Both the position numbers and the translations under genes were made by a program. Shown here in pieces: positions 53,964 through 63,477 of a DNA stretch of 64,000 nt. Position 1 is the first letter of the stretch. Every line of letters begins with the position of its first letter. Source of the DNA: a bacterium (GTDB lineage: Bacteria > Bacillota_I > Bacilli_A > RFN20 > CAG-826); NCBI GenBank assembly GCA_963611815.1, contig CAVDSY010000022.1, positions 26,953-90,952 of the forward strand, written 5' to 3'. Below the pieces are notes generated by a model that ran no database searches, was not told the origin of the DNA, and worked only from the letters and a program-made list of their open reading frames with translations.

Positions 53964-54048
53964 TCTAGTTCCTCGCAAATTGCGCGCCCATTATAGAACT
54001 TTCGCCCGCGTATGTGTGCACGAGTTATGCGCGTTTTGCAAATCAGTT

Positions 54049-54100
54049 TGTGGAAAAATCAAAATTTGCTTGCCTCTATCGATGTTTCTGTTGTGGAAAA
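54049..54100. promoter_or_regulatory. Two oriC-type DnaA boxes upstream of dnaB-dnaI
   Basis: TGTGGAAAA at 54049-54057 and 54092-54100. This is the same 9-mer as the oriC boxes at 209-217 and 238-246. They lie 70-120 nt upstream of the dnaB-like ATG. Confidence 0.45.
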
Positions 54101-54154
54101 CCTTGAAAACGTTCGCTGGGGTCGATATTTTTCCTTTTTCAATTTTTCATTAGG

Positions 54155-54163
54155 TGCTAGAGT
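54155..54163 (+). promoter_or_regulatory. Extended -10 (TGcTAGAGT) 6 nt before the dnaB-like ATG (candidate leaderless promoter)
   Basis: TG at 54155-54156, TAGAGT at 54158-54163, then atccgc, then ATG at 54170. No SD. Confidence 0.35.
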
Positions 54164-54169
54164 ATCCGC

Positions 54170-55423
54170 ATGGAAAATTTGGGGGCGAAGGATTTTTTTG
54201 AAACCAAGCGCGAGGGGGAATTCTCTTCTTCCTCCCTTCTTGCGATGGGCGATCTTTACCTTCCATTGATCGGGACTGATGCCTTCGGTGCATACTTCGC
54301 TTTGCTTGGCGAAGACGAAGGGGCGAGAACCCATGAGCGCCTCCTTCAAAAACTCCAGCTGAGCCCTGGCGAATTCTATAAGGCGATGCTGCCTCTAGAA
54401 GCGGTGGGCCTAGTCAAAACGTATTACCGCGAAGAAGGCGACATCCATTATTTCATCTACGATCTTTGCGCGCCTTTGGAACCGTCGACTTTCTTCTCCG
54501 ACATCCTCTTCAGAGGCGTTTTGGCGACTTATCTTGGGGAGGAGGGCGTCGCAGCTTTGGAGAAAAAATATCTCAGAAACGCGAAGTTCGATGCCTCTGG
54601 CTTCAAGGAAGTCAGCGAAAGCTTTCCTTCTTTCTTCGCGCCGAATCTCACGAACCCCCTTTTCAAAGAAGGGCGGAAAAAAGGGAAGAAAGCGAGCACG
54701 GCGAAGACCGGCTTCGATTACCGCGAGTTCCAGACTTCCTTCGAGTCCCTCGGCGGGAGGATGGATGCTTTGACTCAAGATGAGCTTGATAGGATCGACA
54801 GGCTTTCCGGATTGTATTGCCTTGACTCGAAAGCTTTGGGCGAGCTCGTATTCGACTCTTACAAAGGCTACCTCGACAGAGGAAAGAGGGTGGATTTCGG
54901 CAAACTTGAAAAAGCCTGCAGAGACTCCCTGTCCTTTCCTTATCTTCATCAGGAAAAAGGCCGCAAAAGCCGCATATCTTCGGATTCGGTGAATGCCGAT
55001 TTGATGCGTTTCATGGACAACTTAGAGCCGACGGTGTTCCTTTCTTATCTTCAAAAGAACCACAAGCCAGCCGCCAGCGATCTCAAAATCATCAACCATC
55101 TCGCATCGGACCTCGGCCTTGCTAGCCCCGCCATCAACGCTCTTCTCTGGTTTACTTTGCAAAGCAATGACAACGAGCTACCTTATGGCTACGCCGATAA
55201 AATCGGGGCGGCTTTGGTCAGGGAAGATTGCCGGACGAGCCGCGACGCATGGGAATATCTGGTGAGCCGGAAAAAGGAGAAAAAGGCCAAGCCTTCTTTC
55301 GTTTCGGCTTCGCCCAAGCCTTCTTTCGTCGCGGAAAAGCAAGAGGAAGAGCCTACCAAACACGCCAGCGACGCCGACGTCGACGCCGCTCTGGCTGAGC
55401 TTTTTGGAGGTGAGGGGAAATGA
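54170..55423 (+). CDS. dnaB: Replication initiation and membrane attachment protein (Bacillota DnaB / DnaD-domain helicase co-loader)
   Basis: ..LYLPLIGTDAFGAYFALLGE.. and ..LEAVGLVKTYY....FIYDLCAPLEPSTFF.. parallel the N-terminal pattern of B. subtilis DnaB. It is followed by dnaI with an ATGA overlap. Confidence 0.65.
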   Translation: MENLGAKDFFETKREGEFSSSSLLAMGDLYLPLIGTDAFGAYFALLGEDEGARTHERLLQKLQLSPGEFYKAMLPLEAVGLVKTYYREEGDIHYFIYDLCAPLEPSTFFSDILFRGVLATYLGEEGVAALEKKYLRNAKFDASGFKEVSESFPSFFAPNLTNPLFKEGRKKGKKASTAKTGFDYREFQTSFESLGGRMDALTQDELDRIDRLSGLYCLDSKALGELVFDSYKGYLDRGKRVDFGKLEKACRDSLSFPYLHQEKGRKSRISSDSVNADLMRFMDNLEPTVFLSYLQKNHKPAASDLKIINHLASDLGLASPAINALLWFTLQSNDNELPYGYADKIGAALVREDCRTSRDAWEYLVSRKKEKKAKPSFVSASPKPSFVAEKQEEEPTKHASDADVDAALAELFGGEGK

Positions 55424-56316
55424 ACAAGATGGTTTTGCCGAAATCGCTTATGCGCACGCCTGATATAGATGAAGCAAAGAAAAAAGCCATCGAAGGCTTC
55501 AAAAACGACCCCGCCGTTTATGAGACGATTCAACGTCTTGGCCTCAGCAAAGGTCAAGTCAAGGAATTCATCGGTCCCCTTTTGGATTTGCAGGAGGACC
55601 TTTCTTATTGCGCTTCCTGCCCAGGGCTTGCAAACTGCAAGAAAGCCAATCCCCATTTCAATGTTCGCCTGGAAATGGAGGATGGCTACCTCGATCGCCA
55701 TTACGATCCCTGCCCACCTGCCCAAAGGGAAGCCGAATTCGAAAAAAAGTACATCAAACATGAATTCCCCGATGCTTGGAGGGATTACGATCTGAAGGAC
55801 ATCGACCGCAGCAAGAAACGCAACGACGCCCTCACCGAGATGTCCTCCGTCCTTCTCAAGAAAAGCCAGCGTTGGCTTTATTTCGTCGGAGGGAAGAAGT
55901 CAGGCAAATCGATGATGCTCGCTTCTTTCTCCAATATGTTCGGCGACAGGATCGCTTCGCCTGTGGCCTTCGTCTCTGCTGCCTCGCTGCTTGAGGAACT
56001 GAAAGGCCTCTCCTTCGACGACAAGGAAGAATACGCCAAACGCTTTGACTCCTACGCGAACTGCCCTTTGCTCGTCCTTGACGGCCTCGGCAATGAATTC
56101 GTCAGCGAATACAGTTTCTCAACGTTCCTTTTCCCTTTGCTCACTTACCGCAGCCAGCATTCGCTGCTCACTTGCTTTGCCTCGTCTTTATCGATGCAGG
56201 ATGTCTGCTCGCTCTACGCCGAAAAAGTCGGGAAGATCAGGGCGAAGCAGTTCTATCAGCTGCTCAAAGATTATTGTGTCAAGGAAATCGATGTGAGCGG
56301 TGCCGACCTTTACTAG
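55420..56316 (+). CDS. dnaI: Primosomal helicase loader DnaI (AAA+)
   Basis: N-terminal Cys-rich zinc module (CASCPGLANCKK...DPCP). Walker A-like GGKKSGKS. Walker B-like LLVLDGLGNE. Confidence 0.7.
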   Translation: MNKMVLPKSLMRTPDIDEAKKKAIEGFKNDPAVYETIQRLGLSKGQVKEFIGPLLDLQEDLSYCASCPGLANCKKANPHFNVRLEMEDGYLDRHYDPCPPAQREAEFEKKYIKHEFPDAWRDYDLKDIDRSKKRNDALTEMSSVLLKKSQRWLYFVGGKKSGKSMMLASFSNMFGDRIASPVAFVSAASLLEELKGLSFDDKEEYAKRFDSYANCPLLVLDGLGNEFVSEYSFSTFLFPLLTYRSQHSLLTCFASSLSMQDVCSLYAEKVGKIRAKQFYQLLKDYCVKEIDVSGADLY

Positions 56317-57695
56317 AAAAGGTTGTCTAGCTTTGCTCTTAGATCGTCTAGGCTTCCGCTGTTCTCAATGAGCAAGGAAGCTTTTTTCTTGGCCTCTTCC
56401 AAAGGGTAACCCTTGTTGAGCGAGAGGAGGGCGCTTGCGTCTTTGCCTTCTTCTTCTAGCCTTTTCCTTTGAAGCGAAGATGAGGTCGAAACAAGGATAG
56501 TCAAGTCGCATAGCTCGCCCATATCAGCTTCGAAAAGGAGAGGTACATCAAGGACGATATTGGACTTTTGCGGCGATTTTTTGATGAAGTTGCGGGCTTT
56601 TTGCTTTATCAAAGGGAATATCAATCCATTAAGGGCCTTCTTCTTGCTTTCGTTTGATGAGGCCTCTTTTCTAATAACGGCGAAGTTGATAGACCCATCA
56701 TCTTTGATGGCGCCGGGATAAATAAGGCTGACTTTTCTTTTGACGGATTTGAGGGAATAAAGCTTCTTAGCCTCTTTGTCCGCGTCAAAAACGATGAAGC
56801 CTTTGTCTGCTAGAATCGAGGAAACAGTGCTTTTCCCCGAATGGATTGGGCCGAGGACCCCGACGACGTATTTCTCCTCTTTCCTCTTTTGGCAAAGCGG
56901 GCAGTAAGTGGTTCCTCTTCCATTCAGGGAGATGCGGGTGAGTCTAGCCCCGCATCGGGGGCATGGTCTATTGCCGTGTCCATAGGCGAGAAGCTCATTC
57001 TGCATCCTTCCCGAGACCCCTTCTTTCGGATGGTAGCTTTTGATGGTGCTTCCCCCAAGTTCAATCGCCTCTTTGAGGATGGCTTGGATGCAGCGGAGAA
57101 GGCTCCCGCATTCCTCCTCGCTTAAGGCGGAGGCCTTGCTGAGGGGATGTATTTTCGCGCGATAAAGGGACTCATCCGCGTAGATATTCCCCACGCCGAC
57201 GATTATCTTTTGGTCCATTATGACTTCTTTTATGGGCTTGCTTAGGCGGTGGGCGCGCGAATAGAAAGCCTTTTCCGTGTCGAAGAAAGGCTCGGGGCCA
57301 AGCTCTTTAAGGGCCTCGCTTAGGGAGGACTCATCCTCGAAGTAAGCGATTCTGCCGAATTTGCGCGTGTCGTTGTAAGCGAGGCGAAAACCATTGGAGA
57401 GATGATAGTAAAGGATGTCGTGTTTGCGGGCGGGGGAGCTATCTTCTTCATAGAAGTAGCGGCCTTCCATTCTGAGATGGGAGAGGATGAAGCCGTTTGG
57501 GGAGAGATTGAAAATGAGAAATTTCCCGCGCCTGGTAACGTCCTTAAAAGTTTTGCCTAGGACGCCCGAGACGAATTCTTTTAAGGGGTTGTCGATGTTT
57601 TTGTCCCTCAGCGAGGTTATGGAAACGATGGTCGCCCCCTTGATTTCGGGGGTGAGGGTTCTAGCGACCGTCTCTACTTCCGGAAGCTCAGGCAT
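56313..57695 (-). CDS. mutM: Fusion protein: formamidopyrimidine-DNA glycosylase (Fpg/MutM) + dephospho-CoA kinase (CoaE)
   Basis: ATG at 57695 gives MPELPEVETV (the catalytic N-terminal Pro) with AAGGAG 6 nt upstream. The zinc finger CPRCG...CPLCQ is followed, after KRKEEKY, by the CoaE P-loop VVGVLGPIHSGKST and ..DVPLLFE... There is no stop between the two halves. Confidence 0.85.
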   Translation of the reverse strand: MPELPEVETVARTLTPEIKGATIVSITSLRDKNIDNPLKEFVSGVLGKTFKDVTRRGKFLIFNLSPNGFILSHLRMEGRYFYEEDSSPARKHDILYYHLSNGFRLAYNDTRKFGRIAYFEDESSLSEALKELGPEPFFDTEKAFYSRAHRLSKPIKEVIMDQKIIVGVGNIYADESLYRAKIHPLSKASALSEEECGSLLRCIQAILKEAIELGGSTIKSYHPKEGVSGRMQNELLAYGHGNRPCPRCGARLTRISLNGRGTTYCPLCQKRKEEKYVVGVLGPIHSGKSTVSSILADKGFIVFDADKEAKKLYSLKSVKRKVSLIYPGAIKDDGSINFAVIRKEASSNESKKKALNGLIFPLIKQKARNFIKKSPQKSNIVLDVPLLFEADMGELCDLTILVSTSSSLQRKRLEEEGKDASALLSLNKGYPLEEAKKKASLLIENSGSLDDLRAKLDNLF

Positions 57696-57697
57696 GG

Positions 57698-60313
57698 TCA
57701 CTCCTTCAGCTCGTACCAGCTTTTGGCGATCGTCGCTTCGACCGTGAGGGGGACGGAAAGATGAAGGGCGGTTACCATGATGTCGGAAAGCTTCTGGAGA
57801 AGGACCTCCAGTTCTTCTTTGGGGCCGGAGAAGATGAGCTCGTCGTGGATCTGAAGGATCATCTTGGTTCTGTATCCGCCTTCCTTGAGGAAAGCGTCGA
57901 TTTGAAGCATCGCCGTCTTGATGAGGTCGGCCGCCGAGCCTTGGACGGGGGCGTTGAGAGCGGCCCTTTTCGCCGCCTCTCTTTTCATGTAACTCGGGTC
58001 GGTGAGGTCTTTGAGGTATCTTCTTCTCCCAAGAATTGTCTCGACGTAGCCTTTCTTTTGGGCTTGGTCGATCGTCTTGTTGAGATATTCCTTTATCTCG
58101 GGGTAAGTCGCGTAGAAGGATTCAATGACTTGACTTGCCTCTTTCGGCGAACAGCCGATCTGCTCAGACAGCCCGAAAGGCGTCGTCCCGTAGATGATCG
58201 CGAAGTTGATTGCCTTCGCTCTTCTTCGGAGCTCACCGCTGACTTTTTCCAAGGCAGGCAGTTTGAATAGGCGTCTGGCAGTTTCTTCGTGGACGTCCCT
58301 CCCTTCGCGGAAAACCTCTTTATATAGCTCGCAGCCGGACAAAGCCGCAAGGATGCGGAGCTCAATTTGGTGGTAATCGATGGAGAGGAGATAGCGTTCG
58401 TCGTCGTAATAGAAGGCTTTGCGGATCTTCTTCCCTTCCTCGTCCCTGGCGCTGATGTTCTGAAGGTTGGGGTTGCTGGAGGAAAGGCGGCCCGTGGAGG
58501 TCTGGGCTTGATTGAAACAAGTGTGGATCTTGCCGTCAGGCTGGATGTGGGGGAGCAATCCGTCGACGTAGGTCCCAATGAGCTTGGCGTATTTGCGGTA
58601 GGCGAGGATATGGCCGCAGATGGGAGCTTCATAAGAGAGCTCCTGCAGCTTTTCGGCGGAGGTTGACAAGGCTTTGTCGTGGCTCAGTCCCATCTCATTG
58701 TAAAGCACCTCTCCGACTTGCTTTGGGGAGGAGATATTGAAGGAGTGCCCGGCCAAAGCGTAGATCTGACCCTCTTCTTGCTTTAACTTCGCCTTGAATT
58801 CCTCCCCCACTTGCTGAAGCTCTTCTTTGTGGGCTGGGAAGCCTTCCATCTCCATCTCGGCCAAAATGGAGGAAAGGGGGAATTCGATCTGCTCATAAAG
58901 GGCGGAGGCGTCTAACGAATCGAGGCTTTTCTTCGCTTTGCTCTCTAAAGCCAGCAAGAGGAAAGCGAGCGCGGCCGTCTTTTCCTCGTTGCCGTTTGAG
59001 AAAAGGCTGATCTCGCCTTCCGGAAGCTTGGCTCCGAGCAAACAGACGCACTGCTCCGAGGAAGCGCAGGAAGAGGTGTCGATGAGGTAGCAGGATAGCA
59101 GGAAATCGAACTCGATGCCCTCGATTGTCAAACCCATTTTGTTTAAGACGACTTTTGTCTCTTTGCTGTCATAAACGTTCTTGATTATCTTTTTATTGAG
59201 GAGCAGCGCTTTGAAAGCGGGGTCTTTTTTCGCGTCCTCGGTCTCTAGATAATAGGATTCTCTTCCGTCTGATACTGCAAAGCCTAAGCAGGCCTCTTCG
59301 TGGTAAGAAGGTCCTTCCATATCGAGGGCTAGGCCTATTTTGCTTGGGAAGGCGATCCCCGAGAGGCTTTTTACTCTTTTCGCTTTGGGCAAAACGAGGG
59401 CCGCCTCGCCTTTTCGATAAGAGCTTGGCAAGCGGGAAAGGAAGGATTTGAGCTCGTATTTCGCCGCAAAAGTCTCGGCTTTTTTGAAATCGTATCCTTC
59501 GTAGAGCAAATCGTCCAAAGAGAAAGGCAAAGCGCAATCCCTCTTGATGGTGGCGAGCTCATAGCATTTCCTGCCCATCTCCTCGCCGGCGATTATCTTG
59601 TCTTTGAGTTTCCCTTTGATGAGCCCTTGCTTGGCGGCGTCTATTATCGCGTCGAAACTCCCGTATGTCTTGATTAGGTCGGTGGCCCCCTTGTCTCCGA
59701 TGCCTTTGATGCCGGGGAGGTTGTCGCTGCTGTCTCCCCTGAGGCCTTTGAAATCGATTATCTGCTTCGGAGAGAAGCCGAATTGCTTCACCATCTCTTC
59801 GGGGGTGATGGGGTTCATGTTGCTGAGTCCGGTCTTCAGAAGGTTCACGGTTATGCTGCCGCTGACGAGCTGGAGGTAATCTTTGTCGGAGGTGTAGACG
59901 TCGACGATGTAGCCCTCTTTCTCGGCGAGGGTCGCCACCGTTCCGCAGAGGTCATCCGCTTCCACCCCGTGCTCCTCGTAATGAAGGACGCCGAGGACCT
60001 CCAGGAGCTCGCGCGAAATCGGGAACTGCTTGACGAGGTCCTCGGGAGTCGGCTTCCTGTTGGCTTTGTAGTCCTCGAACTCCTCTTTGCGGAAGGTTTT
60101 CGAGTCGGCGTCGAAGCCGACGAAGATCGATTCCCCGCCCGAGAAAGAGGCGAGGATCTTCGTGATCATGTTCGAGAAGGCGAAAATGGCGTTGGTCGGG
60201 ATGCCTGAGCTTGTGCGCATGATGGTGTCGCTGCCGCCATAGCTGGTCGCGTAGTATGCGCGGAAGAGGAGCGAGTTGCCATCGATTATGTAAATGTGCT
60301 TTTTGTTTTCCAT
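57698..60313 (-). CDS. polA: DNA polymerase I
   Basis: ATG at 60313 (MENKKHIYIIDGNSLLFRAYYA) with AAGGAG upstream. Contains a 5' nuclease domain and polymerase motifs (..DYHQIELR.., ..QIHDE..). Confidence 0.95.
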   Translation of the reverse strand: MENKKHIYIIDGNSLLFRAYYATSYGGSDTIMRTSSGIPTNAIFAFSNMITKILASFSGGESIFVGFDADSKTFRKEEFEDYKANRKPTPEDLVKQFPISRELLEVLGVLHYEEHGVEADDLCGTVATLAEKEGYIVDVYTSDKDYLQLVSGSITVNLLKTGLSNMNPITPEEMVKQFGFSPKQIIDFKGLRGDSSDNLPGIKGIGDKGATDLIKTYGSFDAIIDAAKQGLIKGKLKDKIIAGEEMGRKCYELATIKRDCALPFSLDDLLYEGYDFKKAETFAAKYELKSFLSRLPSSYRKGEAALVLPKAKRVKSLSGIAFPSKIGLALDMEGPSYHEEACLGFAVSDGRESYYLETEDAKKDPAFKALLLNKKIIKNVYDSKETKVVLNKMGLTIEGIEFDFLLSCYLIDTSSCASSEQCVCLLGAKLPEGEISLFSNGNEEKTAALAFLLLALESKAKKSLDSLDASALYEQIEFPLSSILAEMEMEGFPAHKEELQQVGEEFKAKLKQEEGQIYALAGHSFNISSPKQVGEVLYNEMGLSHDKALSTSAEKLQELSYEAPICGHILAYRKYAKLIGTYVDGLLPHIQPDGKIHTCFNQAQTSTGRLSSSNPNLQNISARDEEGKKIRKAFYYDDERYLLSIDYHQIELRILAALSGCELYKEVFREGRDVHEETARRLFKLPALEKVSGELRRRAKAINFAIIYGTTPFGLSEQIGCSPKEASQVIESFYATYPEIKEYLNKTIDQAQKKGYVETILGRRRYLKDLTDPSYMKREAAKRAALNAPVQGSAADLIKTAMLQIDAFLKEGGYRTKMILQIHDELIFSGPKEELEVLLQKLSDIMVTALHLSVPLTVEATIAKSWYELKE

Positions 60314-60326
60314 TGTGCTTTTCTCC

Positions 60327-63300
60327 TTAAGAGAGGGTTTCGACGAGGCTTGCGAGGTATTTGCCATTGTTGCGCTGATCTGCTTGGAAGGTGACGATGA
60401 CGAGGTTCCCCTCGTTCAAGGAAGCGTAAGAGGCGTTATAAGCTTCTTCGAAGAGGGTGAATTCCTCTTCGCTGGTGTCGTCATATGCCTTCAAGAAGGC
60501 CATTTTCGTCCCTTTTTTGGTGATGATGGTCTTCACCGAGCTCACAATCGCAGCGGTTTTTCCGCTTCGGATGCTTTCTTGCAAAGCCGAAAGGGGTAGG
60601 AGGCTGAGTTCCCGTATCCGCTCTTTCTTGCCTTCTAGCGGCGAGCCGGAGACCATCATGCCGAGGACTTCCCTTTCCTGGGCGAGGTCGATGAGGCGGT
60701 TTTCCTCGATTTCAATGATCTCGGGCTTCTCGAATTCCATTGGGAAGAGGGAGGGTTGGTCTTCGAAGGCTGAGGTGACTTCGGCGTATTTGAGGGCGGA
60801 TTTGCTCGCGAGGCGGAGAGCTCCGCGGCGGGAGTCAAGCGCGTCGAAGACCCCGGCGTCGATGAGCTTGAGGAGGGTGGCTTCGCTCAGCCCTTTGCGG
60901 TACATCCGCGAGACGAAGGAGAAATAGTCCTCGAAATTCCCCTTCTCCATACGCTCGTTGAGCATCGCGGAGATGAAATTGCTCTGCAAGCCTTTTATGC
61001 AGGTGAAAGGGAGAAGGATTTTCCCTCCTTTGGCCTCGAAACGGGTGGTGGCTTCGTTGAGCGAAGGCAAGCTCAGGCGTATCGCGCATTGCTTGATCTC
61101 GCTGAGCAATTGCGCGTTGGTGAGCCCAGAATCGTCGAGCACCGCGCAATAGAATTCTTCCGGATAGTGCTTTTTGAGATAGGCCATCTGGCAGGCGAGC
61201 ATCGCGTAGCAGACGGAGTGGGATTTGTTGAAGCCGTAGTCGGCGAAGCGGTAGATGAGGGCATAGGCTTTCTCGGCGATATCTTGGCTCCGCCCCATTT
61301 TGAGGCAGCCATGGATGAAACTCTCTTTAAGGCTTCCTAATTTGGCGCTGTCCTTTTTGGAGATTGCCCTGCGGAAGAGATCGGCCTGCCCGAAGGAGAA
61401 GCCGGCAAGGACTTGGACCATCTGCATGATCTGCTCTTGGTAGACGATGATCCCGTATGTGGGGGCGAGGATGCTTTCGAGGCAGGGGTCAAGATAGGTG
61501 ATTTTCTCTTTCCCTTCTTTGCGCCTAGCGTAGCTGGGGATATTCTCCATCGGGCCCGGGCGGAAAAGGGCGAGCAAAGCGACGACGTCGTTGAAGCATT
61601 CCGGGCGCAGCTCTCTGATGGCTCTGTTCATGCCGGGCGATTCAAGTTGGAAGAGGCCCATCGTCTTGCAGGAGGCGATGAGGGCAATCGCTTCCTTGTC
61701 ATCATAAGGAATTTCCCTGTAATTCAATGAAATCCCGTGGGTTTTGCGGATATTTTCGATGGCGTGATCAATGATTGTCAGGTTTCTTAAGCCAAGCAAA
61801 TCCATCTTGAGGAAGCCTTGTTCCTCGAGATAATTCATCTCAAATTGACTCACATAGCCGATATTTGGATCATCGCTTATCGGCAGGCATTCCTCCAAGG
61901 GCCTGTCGTTGATGATGACCCCCGCGGCGTGGAGGCCGCTTTGGCGGGGGAGGCCCTCGATTTTGGCGGCGAGGGAGACGATTTGGAGGTAGTAGCGGTC
62001 GGAGTCGACGATCTTGCGGAAGCGCGCGTTCCTACGGTAGTTGTCGCGCAGGCTCATCTCGTTGTCGATGGATTTGGCGAGCATGTCGATTTGCCTGGCC
62101 TCGTAGTTGTAGACCCTGCCGATGTCTCTTATCGCGGCCCTTCCTTTCATGGTCTGCTCGGTGATGATGTGGCTGACTTTGCTCACGCCGTATTTCTCTT
62201 GGAGGTAACGGGCGACCTCATCCCTGCGGACATCGGCGAAATCGACGTCGATGTCTGGCATCGATTGCCTTTCGGGGTTGAGGAAGCGCTCGAAAAGAAG
62301 GCCGTTGGCGATGGGGTCGGGGGTGACGATGTCCAAGGCATAAGAGACCAAAGACCCTGCGCCAGAGCCTCTGCCCGGCCCGACTGAGATGTCCACTTCG
62401 CGGGCGTGGTTGACATAATCTTGGACGAGGAGAAAGTAATCAGCATAGCCCATCTTGGCGATCACGCCCAGCTCATACTCAAGCCTTTTCCGATACTCCT
62501 CGCCATATCCTGGGTTCTTTTTTGCTAGGCCTTCATAAGCGAGCTTGCCGAGATATTCCTCGCTGCTGATCCCAAGGTGGTTAGGGAAGGCGAGCAGCCC
62601 GCCGCGCTTAGCGATGAAAGTGAACCCTTCTGTCTCCTTGGCCAGGGCGAATGTTTCCTCCCTTTCTTCATCGGTGAAAAAGTCATCGGCCTCCTCTTGG
62701 CTTATGAAATAGCAGTCCCCCTCTTCCTCTTTGCTTTCAAGCGTTTTGCTTTCGGCGATTGCGCGCAATATGGAAAGGGAAATGGCGTCTTGCTTTTTCT
62801 CATAAAGAATGTGGGGGAAGGCTATCGTTTTATAAGGGTAGGTCTCCACGAAATTTCGCAGGAAGGAGACGAAGCTCCTCTCCTCGGGGAGATAGGGAAT
62901 CCCTAGGCGGAAGGAAGAGAAAGAGGAAGTGAGCTCGGCCAATTTGGCGGGGAAGCCCTTGGCCTCGGTCCGATATCCTTCGTGGAGGAAGCTCCTCTCA
63001 CAGGAGAGAACGAGAGAAAGCCCTGACGAATGGGCTTTGAGGAAAATGAGGTCGAGCTTTGACTCGGAGAAGAGGCGGTCGATTAGGAGAAGGTTGCGGT
63101 AGCCTTCCTCATTCTGCACGAAGAGGGAGAAGAGGTTGCCTTCGATTTCCACGTCCATGCCGAATATCGGCTTGGCCCCGATTTGTTTGGCCATCCTTTG
63201 GATTTCTGGGAACCCAGAGCAGGTGCCGTAATCCGCAATGGCGAGGAAGGGCAGCTTGTGCTTGCTGGCCAGCCCTCCTATCCGACGCAGCGTCAAGGCG

Positions 63301-63350
63301 CTGCGGAGGAAGGAATTGCCGGAATAGATGTGGAGGGGCTGGTAGGACAT
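60327..63350 (-). CDS. dnaE: DNA polymerase III alpha subunit, DnaE type
   Basis: 1007 aa with PHP, palm/fingers (..GLLKMDLLGL.., ..FNKSHS..) and OB regions. Confidence 0.95.
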   Translation of the reverse strand: MSYQPLHIYSGNSFLRSALTLRRIGGLASKHKLPFLAIADYGTCSGFPEIQRMAKQIGAKPIFGMDVEIEGNLFSLFVQNEEGYRNLLLIDRLFSESKLDLIFLKAHSSGLSLVLSCERSFLHEGYRTEAKGFPAKLAELTSSFSSFRLGIPYLPEERSFVSFLRNFVETYPYKTIAFPHILYEKKQDAISLSILRAIAESKTLESKEEEGDCYFISQEEADDFFTDEEREETFALAKETEGFTFIAKRGGLLAFPNHLGISSEEYLGKLAYEGLAKKNPGYGEEYRKRLEYELGVIAKMGYADYFLLVQDYVNHAREVDISVGPGRGSGAGSLVSYALDIVTPDPIANGLLFERFLNPERQSMPDIDVDFADVRRDEVARYLQEKYGVSKVSHIITEQTMKGRAAIRDIGRVYNYEARQIDMLAKSIDNEMSLRDNYRRNARFRKIVDSDRYYLQIVSLAAKIEGLPRQSGLHAAGVIINDRPLEECLPISDDPNIGYVSQFEMNYLEEQGFLKMDLLGLRNLTIIDHAIENIRKTHGISLNYREIPYDDKEAIALIASCKTMGLFQLESPGMNRAIRELRPECFNDVVALLALFRPGPMENIPSYARRKEGKEKITYLDPCLESILAPTYGIIVYQEQIMQMVQVLAGFSFGQADLFRRAISKKDSAKLGSLKESFIHGCLKMGRSQDIAEKAYALIYRFADYGFNKSHSVCYAMLACQMAYLKKHYPEEFYCAVLDDSGLTNAQLLSEIKQCAIRLSLPSLNEATTRFEAKGGKILLPFTCIKGLQSNFISAMLNERMEKGNFEDYFSFVSRMYRKGLSEATLLKLIDAGVFDALDSRRGALRLASKSALKYAEVTSAFEDQPSLFPMEFEKPEIIEIEENRLIDLAQEREVLGMMVSGSPLEGKKERIRELSLLPLSALQESIRSGKTAAIVSSVKTIITKKGTKMAFLKAYDDTSEEEFTLFEEAYNASYASLNEGNLVIVTFQADQRNNGKYLASLVETLS

Positions 63351-63357
63351 TAAGGTA

Positions 63358-63363
63358 ATTATA
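63358..63363 (-). promoter_or_regulatory. -10 hexamer TATAAT 7 nt before the dnaE ATG (candidate leaderless promoter)
   Basis: The - strand reads TATAAT-tacctta-ATG (ATG at 63350). No SD. Direct repeat ACCTTAGGA at 63363-63371 and 63382-63390. Confidence 0.4.
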
Positions 63364-63465
63364 CCTTAGGACATGGTTTCGACCTTAGGAAATGACAATC
63401 TTTTTGCCTTTGAAATTGCCTTCTGAGAAAATTTAAAAAGGCTAGCAAAACAAAGGACAAATCCC

Positions 63466-63471
63466 TAAAAT
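63466..63471 (+). promoter_or_regulatory. -10 hexamer TAAAAT 6 nt before the ATPase ATG (candidate leaderless promoter)
   Basis: TAAAAT at 63466-63471, then gccttc, then ATG at 63478. No SD. Confidence 0.35.
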
Positions 63472-63477
63472 GCCTTC

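Noticed and set aside
56313-56316. Convergent dnaI and mutM-coaE share a palindromic CTAG containing both stop codons
   Set aside because: The overlap is real, but it is a trivial consequence of tight packing. I saw no hairpin or other signal suggesting a function.
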